Source: a virus. From it: a DNA stretch of 64,000 nt. A model generated the notes under the pieces. The model was given only the letters and a program-made list of their open reading frames with translations, searched no databases and was not told the origin of the DNA. Below are positions 38,227 through 46,735 of this stretch, one piece after another (position 1 is the stretch's first letter; every line of letters begins with the position of its first letter). The position numbers and the translations under genes are program-made. Location: positions 32,001-96,000 of IMG/VR virus record IMGVR_UViG_3300035150_000015. One strand, given 5' to 3'.

Positions 38227-38589
38227 CTACTCCCCGGGAAGCAAAAGGTACTGAGAGAGGTTCGAGACCTCATCGTACCCCTTGTCCTTGGGGACCTGCC
38301 GGTCCAGTGCCCGAGACAAGTCTTTTCCAGTCTCGGCCAAGTTCAGGACCCCCAAATTGTTGGGGGTAGGGGAGAACACATCCTTTGGTTGAATATCTCG
38401 GTGATGGGGTTTCGTGACGTCCTCTCCCTCCGCACGGCTCTCCCCGTTATCCTTCACCAATTGGGGGGAAATCCCCCTAGGCTTGTTGACAGGCCGTGTC
38501 CGTTGGCGAGCATCCTGACGAGCCCCGGGGGGCTGATCAGCCTGCTTACAAAACAGAGCAGCTACTCTCAGAGCAAGCGCTGAAGTCAC
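38227..38589 (-). CDS. hypothetical head-associated protein
   Basis: 120 aa; N-terminal LRVAALF-CKQA motif. Confidence 0.55.
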   Translation of the reverse strand: MTSALALRVAALFCKQADQPPGARQDARQRTRPVNKPRGISPQLVKDNGESRAEGEDVTKPHHRDIQPKDVFSPTPNNLGVLNLAETGKDLSRALDRQVPKDKGYDEVSNLSQYLLLPGE

Positions 38590-40556
38590 AATCCTACTTT
38601 CTGGTTCTCCCCGAATTCCACCTGTACGTCCAAAGAAGGTACCTCGGGGTTGAGCTCGAAGCTACCAGTATGATTCTGGAGTTCGTACTCGTCCCTAGTA
38701 GAAAGGCTGTGCGCCATGAGGCTCTCAAAGGAAACCTCCGTAGACCGGCCCGACTCAAGGATCGCCTTTTGCTCAGCCTTCTTATCGATGTATGAGGGCT
38801 CAACCACTAGCTGCTTATTCAGAACAGAGCAGAACCCGGGCCTCTTGTGATGCACACAAGAGGCACACTTGGAGCCGATCTTGGCGTACTTCACGGCCGA
38901 ACGGGAACGGTGCAGACGAGCTGCTTCAGTACACCCTTTGCCATAGTCATCATAGACCGAAGGATCGATATACTTGATCCCAACAAGTCCCTGTTCAGCC
39001 AAAATAGGCCTCAATTCAGCGGCGGCGGCAGCAATGTCACGAGGGTCGAACCGGCTCTGGAGAGCTGCCCTCAGGTCATCACCGTAGAGACCCTCATTGA
39101 GATGCTTAGCGGCGGCCTTGACTACCTCCCTCTTTGCCAGCTCACCACTAAGATGGGTCACAGTTGAGCCATAGTGCCCAACTTCCACAGCCATCCGGAG
39201 ATCTCCGCTAGTCGAGGGCTTGGGCTCCATAGCAGCTTGGTGGATAGCCTGCAGGGCCTCTCTTGGGGTGTTCCCCCACTCAAACTGAGAGGCCTCAGGA
39301 GGAAGGTTACCTGCCAGACGATGCTCGTCTAGGACCGCCGAAACAGTGTCAGGTGTGTAGAGATCCTCAGCCGACTCGACAACCGACTTACCGTACAATA
39401 GGCATCGGCCTACCTTGTGGAAAATGCACGACCCACACTTCTCTCCAGCCACAATCGCCCGAACCTTGCTCGAGTGGCGAGCCAGGAAGTCGGCGCCCTC
39501 GTGGCAATCCGAGAACGACGACTGCGTGGAATAAAGAGTGCCGTAGAGGCCAGCCTCCTTGAGGAGAGGCATCCAATGGTCTTTGGTGGCTTTGAGCTCT
39601 TCCACACTGAAAGCCAGTCGAAGGCCTTTGATGAGTTCTGAGGCAGGCCATCCCTTGAGCATCTCCCTCCGAAGTAAAGCCACAATAGGCCTGGCTTCCT
39701 CGGCTGACACCTTGGACTGAGCTTCTTGAGAAGCTTCCCTACTAGCTGTCAAGACCTCATCGATCTCTTCACTAGAAAGAGCCGGAAGCTTTCGGGGGGC
39801 TGCCTGAGGCTGCCCCGTGTATCCTCTGGGACCCTCAGCTTCAGAAGCCATCATAGCGGCTCTGATCCTATCTCTGGGGGAACCAGCTGAAGCCTGAACT
39901 TGCAGTCCTCTAGACTTCTGGGATTGCTCCACCTTATCGGCCAACGGCTCCGTATAAGGGACATCCATGACGATCTGCTTCTGGAAGACCCCACAGATCG
40001 GATTGGGGCCCCGCATCTGACGGAACTGGCATCCCTCACAGGCCGACTTTCCACGCACAAAAGGAGCGGAACCAGCGTACCTACGCGCAAACTCCGCAGC
40101 CGACCTGGGCTCCTGAGCGCATCTCGGGAAGTCCGCTGCGTCAATGTAGTACCGGCCCAAAAGTCCGCGTTCTGCTAGCACACCCGCCAGAGCCGTCCTA
40201 GAGCCCCTCAGAGCCTCAAGGTCATACCGAGAGGTCAAAGAGCTCTGGATCCTAGCCGGGTCCGTAGTCTGCATGATAGCCAAACGAGCAGTCCTGACAA
40301 TGTCCTCCGGAAGAGCGCGAAGCTTACCGTGAAGGTCCGACAGATCCCCCACAGTCTTCGGTTCCCCAGTATTCGGAACAAACTTAGACGGGGCCTCATC
40401 CTCATGGGACCACAGAGCTTCCAAGTCTGGGGCTGCATCTAGGTTCTGCTTGGGCAGTACCTCGGTTTCGTGGTACTGTTGCTCGTCCACATCAAGCCAG
40501 TCTAGATCGGAAACGCTGCTTTCCTTCAAGAAATCGGTGAGGTTTAGGTCAGCCAT
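38586..40556 (-). CDS. protein with three Cys-rich repeated domains
   Basis: likely start MADLNL at 40556; three copies of E.GL.G..Y...C...CxxC...C....K..V. Confidence 0.7.
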   Translation of the reverse strand: MADLNLTDFLKESSVSDLDWLDVDEQQYHETEVLPKQNLDAAPDLEALWSHEDEAPSKFVPNTGEPKTVGDLSDLHGKLRALPEDIVRTARLAIMQTTDPARIQSSLTSRYDLEALRGSRTALAGVLAERGLLGRYYIDAADFPRCAQEPRSAAEFARRYAGSAPFVRGKSACEGCQFRQMRGPNPICGVFQKQIVMDVPYTEPLADKVEQSQKSRGLQVQASAGSPRDRIRAAMMASEAEGPRGYTGQPQAAPRKLPALSSEEIDEVLTASREASQEAQSKVSAEEARPIVALLRREMLKGWPASELIKGLRLAFSVEELKATKDHWMPLLKEAGLYGTLYSTQSSFSDCHEGADFLARHSSKVRAIVAGEKCGSCIFHKVGRCLLYGKSVVESAEDLYTPDTVSAVLDEHRLAGNLPPEASQFEWGNTPREALQAIHQAAMEPKPSTSGDLRMAVEVGHYGSTVTHLSGELAKREVVKAAAKHLNEGLYGDDLRAALQSRFDPRDIAAAAAELRPILAEQGLVGIKYIDPSVYDDYGKGCTEAARLHRSRSAVKYAKIGSKCASCVHHKRPGFCSVLNKQLVVEPSYIDKKAEQKAILESGRSTEVSFESLMAHSLSTRDEYELQNHTGSFELNPEVPSLDVQVEFGENQKVGL

Positions 40557-41877
40557 TATCGTCCTGTAAATCCGTGAAAGGGCCTTCACGAAGGGTATGG
40601 GTGGTGTAATCGTATCGGACGTACGGAGTTGTAGCATCCTCCCATTTTTCACCAGTATCGACTAGCCCCAGATCCTGGTTTAAGCCGTTCTGGGGCAATG
40701 AAGGGAGCCCTGATTCCGATTGAATCATGTTATCTTTCGGCCCCTGGTATTCGTCTCTCCTGGTAACCGGTTTCACTACATCTTGGGGGAGCGTGTCCAA
40801 AAGGGCCTGACGCTCGTTCAATTCTACGTCAATTGCTGGAGTAGTGTCTCCAACAGGCAATGGAGAGAGCTCGGGTAGTGTGCTACTAGGCCCTTCAACA
40901 CCCTTGTATCCGGACCCTTCGCCAGAGGGGTTCAAATAGTCGCCAGCCCCCTGGCCGTGAGCTCCGTAACCCAACCCGAAATCCCAGGCTTCCGTCTGAG
41001 TCTTGGTGTCGTCTGGGAGTACGGACGTAGCAAACTCCTGACGAACCTCTTCGTCAGGCATTTGCCGGTAATCGTAGTTCATTCCAGGAGCAGACTCATC
41101 CACGACCCACTTGTCCAACGGGAAGTCTGACTGGTCGTTGTAGGTGCCAAAAGGACCCTGGCCGTCCGAGGGCCCCATATGATCTACTCGAGGCCCAGGA
41201 AGCGTGTCCACCGGGTAAGAAGAATTGGCCTGCTTCTGGACCCCTTGGTTCTCCAGCCCTGCGTTATCATCCTTCTCCTTACGAGGAATGGTCTCTTCGT
41301 CAGCTCCCACACCCCCAGAGTCAGGAAGCTTCGAACCAGGTTCGTTGTCATTCTCCTCTTCGATATCCTTGATCTCCTTCTCGGCTTCGTCTTCCGGATC
41401 ACCCATGATATCCTGGGACTCTTCAACAAACCGTTGGACATCTTCCGCGTCATTCTCGGACAACTGGGCCAGCTTGGGCTTCCAGTGTGGAGCACGGATC
41501 TCATCGTAGAGAGTATCAGAAATGGAGCTCAAAGACTCGCAAGCGTCGTACAGCTTCTTGCGGATATCCGTGATTCCCATGACGTAACCACGGCCCCCCA
41601 GCTGACCGTCCGGACTAACTGTGGCACTCTTGAGGCGGGAAAAGTGGCGGTACGCTGCCAGGGCATGGCCCAGGCCTACGCTGGCAGCCCAGAGCGCCTT
41701 AGCCATAGGTTTCAGAGCACGAGGGTCGTAGGGGTGCTCCTTGGGGATATTACGCTTCTGGGGGCCTCCTGGGGGCTCCGGGGGGCCCGATTTGGAGAAA
41801 GGGGGGAAAGAGGCCGTACGTATCCCAGGCTCTTGGTATCGAGCCAAAACTTGCAGAGCCTGTTCACGCTTGCCCAT
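40549..41877 (-). CDS. hypothetical head-associated protein
   Basis: 442 aa; helical N-terminal domain and acidic Pro/Gly-rich C-terminus. Confidence 0.65.
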   Translation of the reverse strand: MGKREQALQVLARYQEPGIRTASFPPFSKSGPPEPPGGPQKRNIPKEHPYDPRALKPMAKALWAASVGLGHALAAYRHFSRLKSATVSPDGQLGGRGYVMGITDIRKKLYDACESLSSISDTLYDEIRAPHWKPKLAQLSENDAEDVQRFVEESQDIMGDPEDEAEKEIKDIEEENDNEPGSKLPDSGGVGADEETIPRKEKDDNAGLENQGVQKQANSSYPVDTLPGPRVDHMGPSDGQGPFGTYNDQSDFPLDKWVVDESAPGMNYDYRQMPDEEVRQEFATSVLPDDTKTQTEAWDFGLGYGAHGQGAGDYLNPSGEGSGYKGVEGPSSTLPELSPLPVGDTTPAIDVELNERQALLDTLPQDVVKPVTRRDEYQGPKDNMIQSESGLPSLPQNGLNQDLGLVDTGEKWEDATTPYVRYDYTTHTLREGPFTDLQDDNG

Positions 41878-41880
41878 AGC

Positions 41881-42162
41881 TCAATCCTTCAGAGGGGTCT
41901 CTTCGTTGAAAAGTCTCTGGATGTAGAGACCGTCAGCCTCTCGAGTAACAGTCCAAAGATCCCGAGTAGACTTGTGTACAAGGGTCTCAGCAGAGAGCCT
42001 GTGGAATGGGTCCAGCTGCTCCAGCGAAGCTACCCTGACCTTCATCGAAGCGGTTTTTCTCACAGGGATAGCAGACTCGGAGTTGGCCTTGAGAAAGGAA
42101 TCAATTCCAGTCTCACCAGACGATTCTATACTGTTCAGGTCGAAATCCATTGGTTTCCTCAC
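41881..42162 (-). CDS. hypothetical protein
   Basis: 93 aa; RKTAS/RVAS motifs, then F.RLS.ETLVHKST.DLW. Confidence 0.6.
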   Translation of the reverse strand: MRKPMDFDLNSIESSGETGIDSFLKANSESAIPVRKTASMKVRVASLEQLDPFHRLSAETLVHKSTRDLWTVTREADGLYIQRLFNEETPLKD

Positions 42163-43073
42163 AAAATGACCAACTTGACGGTGACATCCATGTAGCTGTT
42201 GGTAGAGTACCCGCTAATGCGCAGGACCTCCTGATAAGTCCCTGTAGCCATAGAAGCGATTGGGGCGACCGAGACATTGGTGATCTGGGTAGCCCCTGAA
42301 GTCAAAGTCCCAGTGACCGGGGCAAAACCAGAGAGCCAGTTTACGGCTGTTCCAGTGAGAGCCTGTATCTGGAAGTCCAGCACGGAACCAGACGGCCCAG
42401 TATTTTCCACGGTGAGCGGCTGAGAGGGGATCGGCGGGAAATCGCTGCCATCCAAAGGCTTAATTACGGAGAAGTTCAAGAGTACCGGAGTAGCATCGAT
42501 AGTAGCTTTCGGCCTCACATTAATGGTGATGGGCAAAGTCTGGGGGGTATTCGTCGCAGCAGGGTCTTGGATATCTACAGTCTCACTGTAGGGGCTGCTG
42601 GAGGAAAGAAGACTTGTCGAGTCCACGGCCACATCGAAAGAGCCTGATTCGCTGGCTGCCAGATTCCCAACATTAGCCGGAGAAACAGACACGTAAGCGG
42701 CCGAGGAGGTAATCGAAGTTCCCAAAAGGGAGCCGAAAACACCGTTGTTGGTGAGAATGACGTTCTGAGCTACGGAAAACCCTCGTCCCTCGTCTACCTC
42801 GAACACGAGAGGAGATGAGGGAGGTGTGAGGAGAATAGACGGCGGGAAGTTCGATGTGATCTCGGTAATCGAGTCCCCCATAGCCTGAACCACATCCCCT
42901 GGAATAGGAATACTGTCCCGTAAAATCCCGTAAGGGGTTGTAATTCCTAGTATTTGAAACGTTGGGGAGGTTCCCGTGACATCCATCCGTGTAGTCCAAC
43001 GCCACACACCTGTAGCTACGCTGACTTGGAACTGGTAGTCTTGGTATCTGAGGTTCGCGGCGGAAATAGTCAA
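42159..43073 (-). CDS. BACON/Ig-like domain virion protein
   Basis: two Ig-like domains with P..L.F, Q.L.V.N.G...L, WLS...P.TG.L and GTY...L.I patterns; likely TTG start at 43073 after GGAGG. Confidence 0.65.
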   Translation of the reverse strand: MTISAANLRYQDYQFQVSVATGVWRWTTRMDVTGTSPTFQILGITTPYGILRDSIPIPGDVVQAMGDSITEITSNFPPSILLTPPSSPLVFEVDEGRGFSVAQNVILTNNGVFGSLLGTSITSSAAYVSVSPANVGNLAASESGSFDVAVDSTSLLSSSSPYSETVDIQDPAATNTPQTLPITINVRPKATIDATPVLLNFSVIKPLDGSDFPPIPSQPLTVENTGPSGSVLDFQIQALTGTAVNWLSGFAPVTGTLTSGATQITNVSVAPIASMATGTYQEVLRISGYSTNSYMDVTVKLVIL

Positions 43074-43115
43074 GACGCCTCCGCCGAAGCAAGGCAATAA
43101 GAGAAAGTTGAGAAT

Positions 43116-44201
43116 CTACGACCAGTTCTGCCCCCTCCCCACCTTACCAATCAAGGATACGCACACCCCAAACTCCTCTGATAGCTCCTTGTGAGAGGCC
43201 CCCTCAGCCAATCTCTGCCTAACCAGAACCACCTTTTTCCTGCTGAGCTTGGCCGTCCGTTTGGCCTGATTAATCTCTGAGGGGCTCCCCCACTCCCCGT
43301 TTCGTATCCATCCTCTAACCGCACACTCCTCACATTCTCCACACGAGTAACTCCCCTCCAAATCGGAACGAGAAAACTTGTAGCCGGCTGGTTTTCCCCC
43401 CACATCCTCCAAGAAGGCTTCAAAATTGTCCCTCCATCGCGAACACATTGTAATTCCAATGGCACCGTATCGAGCGTACCCATCGTGTTTCGTATTGAAG
43501 CATCGAGTCTTGATGCTCCCCCAGGTCTTGTATTCTGGAGATCCCACACCCCCGTGCTTATAGTTTTTATGCTCCGGGCCCGTCTTACAGGACCTCCTGT
43601 TGTGGGTCTGTTGAAGCTTGGAGGCCCATCTCACATTCCCCGGCTCATACCCTTTCTCGTTGTCTATTCGATCCAGGCTGTGCTGAGGAGTAGGACGAGG
43701 ACCCACATCATGAAAAAAGACAGTGAAGCCATCCACCCACTCCTGACAAACCGTGATTCCCCTCCCTCCCCAATTAGGATAGTTTGAGCTATTTGGGTTG
43801 AGACATCGATCTTTCATTAAGGCCCAAGCATTGTATTCAGGGGTATGAATTAAACCGTGCTTGAAATTGGTCTTCCTACCCGGATTCCTAACCGGTCTCA
43901 ATCTATTGGCCGTTCCGTGAGGCCTACGGTTATTGGCCTGCTCTTTCCAAGTGGCCCATTTCACATTCCCCGGCCTGTAACCATCATCTACGTCTATCCT
44001 GTCTAAACTATGACGAGGAGTAGGCCTTGGACCCACATAGGACAAAAAAGCCTCAAAGTCATCAATCCAAGCCCCATACACCCCAATACCCCTCCCCCCA
44101 TAGTTCAGGTAAGCCCTATGGTCAGGATTTATACAGCGAGCCTTCAGTTGTTGCCAACACTTGTACTCAGGAGTCTTACTAAGCCCGTGTTTTAGGTACA
44201 T
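43116..44201 (-). CDS. free-standing HNH-type homing endonuclease-like protein with three tandem domains and a C-terminal HTH
   Basis: KHG...TPEY..W...K.RC.N....Y..YGGRGI.V...W...F..F...VG.RP...SLDRID...GY.PGNV.WA repeated three times (third copy degenerate). Confidence 0.8.
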   Translation of the reverse strand: MYLKHGLSKTPEYKCWQQLKARCINPDHRAYLNYGGRGIGVYGAWIDDFEAFLSYVGPRPTPRHSLDRIDVDDGYRPGNVKWATWKEQANNRRPHGTANRLRPVRNPGRKTNFKHGLIHTPEYNAWALMKDRCLNPNSSNYPNWGGRGITVCQEWVDGFTVFFHDVGPRPTPQHSLDRIDNEKGYEPGNVRWASKLQQTHNRRSCKTGPEHKNYKHGGVGSPEYKTWGSIKTRCFNTKHDGYARYGAIGITMCSRWRDNFEAFLEDVGGKPAGYKFSRSDLEGSYSCGECEECAVRGWIRNGEWGSPSEINQAKRTAKLSRKKVVLVRQRLAEGASHKELSEEFGVCVSLIGKVGRGQNWS

Positions 44202-44258
44202 GGCCTCAGTATATACCGAATTGTGGCAAGTTCACTTCAAAATGTTATCTGAAAGTGC

Positions 44259-44909
44259 TTAAAAACACTCGTCTCCTCCCCGGTCACTCCACTGAGGAAG
44301 CTTCACTTCTCGAAGAATGTTGAAGTTTTTGCCAGCAATAGCGCTGAAAACCTTGTGATATGGCTCAAACTCAGGGTCCTTGGCTGCAGCAGCCTCCAGA
44401 ATCCTGACGGCCTTGAAAAACCTATGGCGGACCTGACCTTGTGTCCGGTCAAGACTTTTTGCGACCTCGCTCTGGCAAGTGGTATCCCACATACCCACCA
44501 GAATGTCTACGTCTACAGGTTTGGGGAAAACTTTTGGTAAATCCCTCCTGAGATCCTCCTCAGTCACCTGGGGAATCGACAACAAGAACTTGATTCGCTG
44601 TATCCCCCTGTCTAGTCTGTAGGAAATAGCTGCTTGAGTAACGCCGAATATGACCGCAATGTCCGCCTGCCGTTTCTTACGGAGGAAATACAATGTGATC
44701 AAATCAGCCTCGCGTTCAGGAATCCTATCCAAGAGCGGCCTGATTCTTGTCTCGTAGTCGCTGCCTGTGAACAGAGCTACATCTTCGGTAGAAAGCTCCT
44801 CGGTCTCCTCATACTCAGAGTCTTCCTCTTCACCGGGTTCTCCCGGAGTATAGGAAAAACGATTGGATAGTTCAGTCGGGTCGACGGGAATAACGTACCC
44901 TTGACTCAT
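44259..44909 (-). CDS. tandem sigma-70 region-4-like HTH protein
   Basis: LDRIPEREADLITLYF...QADIA..FGVTQAAIS.RL.RG, then a second Q.EVAK.L..TQ.QV..R..KA; no region 2 recognisable. Confidence 0.7.
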   Translation of the reverse strand: MSQGYVIPVDPTELSNRFSYTPGEPGEEEDSEYEETEELSTEDVALFTGSDYETRIRPLLDRIPEREADLITLYFLRKKRQADIAVIFGVTQAAISYRLDRGIQRIKFLLSIPQVTEEDLRRDLPKVFPKPVDVDILVGMWDTTCQSEVAKSLDRTQGQVRHRFFKAVRILEAAAAKDPEFEPYHKVFSAIAGKNFNILREVKLPQWSDRGGDECF

Positions 44910-46735
44910 TGAGCCTCGCTGTGTCTGAAAAAGGTGGTCAAAACTGACTTAGGGCTGACTTCTATCTGTTTCAAGAGAGATACGACTCCCTCAGGACTAA
45001 CGTCTGGTCCCTTGATTGAGACAGTAACATCCTCAAGGGTCATCAGCCTCAAATTCAATCTTACCTGAGGTTCGGCCAAACGCAACCTTTCGTACTGATT
45101 TCTCGTAAGGCCGGCCAGCCCAGAATTGTACACACCGTCCACAGACCCGTGGGCCTTCACCAGGTCCCTCAAGATCTTCTTCGGCACCCTAGGAACCCCC
45201 GGAAGATTGTCAGAAGTGTCCCCAAAGAAGGCTCTGAGTTGGCATATGTCCTCAGGGAACACGCCCCAATCCTTCCGGACTCCATCAGGGTCGTACAGAA
45301 TTTCTTTGCGGGACCCGGCCTTGGGGACCAACAGGCTAGTGTTTTTCGACACTAATTGGAGGAAGTCACGATCATTGGAGAAAATCAAATTCTGTTGACC
45401 CTGTAGCTCATTATGCACCAAGGAAGCCAGAACATCATCCGCCTCATTACCGGGGCTCTCGGCCTGACGGACACCCAACAGCGGTAAAACTCGGTAGAGC
45501 AAGTCCAGTTGTTCGTCTGTTCCTTCCCGGTGAGTACGATTAGCCTTGTACTCTCCGTAAATAGATCTTCGTTTGGAGCCCCCGCGATCTCGATCCCACG
45601 CCACGTAGAATACGGCTTCTGGGTACCTCTTCTTCAGGGCACCCAGTGAGTTCAGAAAGCCCACCACCATTCCAGTGAAACGCCCGTGAGAATCCCTAAG
45701 CTCATTCAAGCCAGGGGCCAGCCAGCACCGGTAGGCAAGGTTATAACCATCGATAAGGATATTCTGTATCATATTTTTCTTCCCACTATAACGCACTACT
45801 TGATACTCCAAACGGTCCAAGCTCTCCCCCAAACTACGAATCTTGGCCAATACGGCCTCAAACCAAGTAAGTTCAGACAGCTTGTCCTCGATCTCTTCGG
45901 GGCTCACAGCATCAGACAAGAAACGGCTCAAGGACATAGTCTCTTCCCACAAGGGGCCCGCCCTGCCCATCAACCTAGTTGTCTCTGATACTCTGACCCA
46001 CGTCTTCTGCAAGGTCAGAGACTTATGGTCCAATGACCCATTGAACAAGGCCACTATCGGCCACCAGGTCAAACCCTGGTCGCACCAAGTATACAGCTCA
46101 TGGTACTTGTCATATGCCTTGAGAAGGGGCTCCACAGGTGAGTCCCAGGACAGGATAGGAGCAGCTTTCTGTGTCCACACCTTCAGAGCATTCAACTTAG
46201 AGAGAGCAGGTGAAAGTGGAGCTCTATCAACCACTCTCAAGAACGACCGAGGAAGAGTGATCAAGCTCTCTTTGCTCCGAAGACACACATATACCTGAAC
46301 CCTCCCCTGTTCTGGAATTTCCTCAATTACAGTAGCCTCAATATTCCTGTAAGGGCCGCTGGTAACCAAGACTGTGTCACCCACCCCAATGCCCTGATCG
46401 ACCTCCGCCTCAACCTGACGCCGCATCTTCTCCACTTCAGAAGTCGTGATGGTCGCCAGTTGTCGTTGCTTACCGGCCCCCGGTTCTGTGAGGACTGATT
46501 GAATGTAACGAGTGTTTTCTAGACGCAAGTAAGCCGAATCGGTATGCTCGTAGCGAACAAAAGCATACCCCTCCACCAGATAATGCACCACCCGGTCATC
46601 CCCTATCTGGGTCACGACGGCTGGAACAAACACCTCCGCATCCTTAACGGTGGCCCGAACCACCTGCCGAATCAGGTCTGGGTCCTCGCCCTCACTGCGT
46701 GAGGCCAACTCTAAAACTATCCACTTGTCGGTCAT
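44906..46735 (-). CDS. NusG (NGN+KOW)-5'-3' exonuclease/flap endonuclease fusion
   Basis: N-terminal W.VL...VFVP...GYAFV and VGDTV.VTSGPY..I.A.V KOW; C-terminal LIDG.N, AWD, YKANR, EADD, DRD and GD.SDN.PGV FEN motifs, all in one ORF. Confidence 0.85.
   Translation of the reverse strand: MTDKWIVLELASRSEGEDPDLIRQVVRATVKDAEVFVPAVVTQIGDDRVVHYLVEGYAFVRYEHTDSAYLRLENTRYIQSVLTEPGAGKQRQLATITTSEVEKMRRQVEAEVDQGIGVGDTVLVTSGPYRNIEATVIEEIPEQGRVQVYVCLRSKESLITLPRSFLRVVDRAPLSPALSKLNALKVWTQKAAPILSWDSPVEPLLKAYDKYHELYTWCDQGLTWWPIVALFNGSLDHKSLTLQKTWVRVSETTRLMGRAGPLWEETMSLSRFLSDAVSPEEIEDKLSELTWFEAVLAKIRSLGESLDRLEYQVVRYSGKKNMIQNILIDGYNLAYRCWLAPGLNELRDSHGRFTGMVVGFLNSLGALKKRYPEAVFYVAWDRDRGGSKRRSIYGEYKANRTHREGTDEQLDLLYRVLPLLGVRQAESPGNEADDVLASLVHNELQGQQNLIFSNDRDFLQLVSKNTSLLVPKAGSRKEILYDPDGVRKDWGVFPEDICQLRAFFGDTSDNLPGVPRVPKKILRDLVKAHGSVDGVYNSGLAGLTRNQYERLRLAEPQVRLNLRLMTLEDVTVSIKGPDVSPEGVVSLLKQIEVSPKSVLTTFFRHSEAQ

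Noticed and set aside
41179-42195. Long + strand ORFs (also 15492..16142, 53858..54607, 57334..58053, 13218..13919)
   Set aside because: They lie antisense to motif-supported or well-coupled minus-strand genes and have no recognisable motifs; they look like shadow frames
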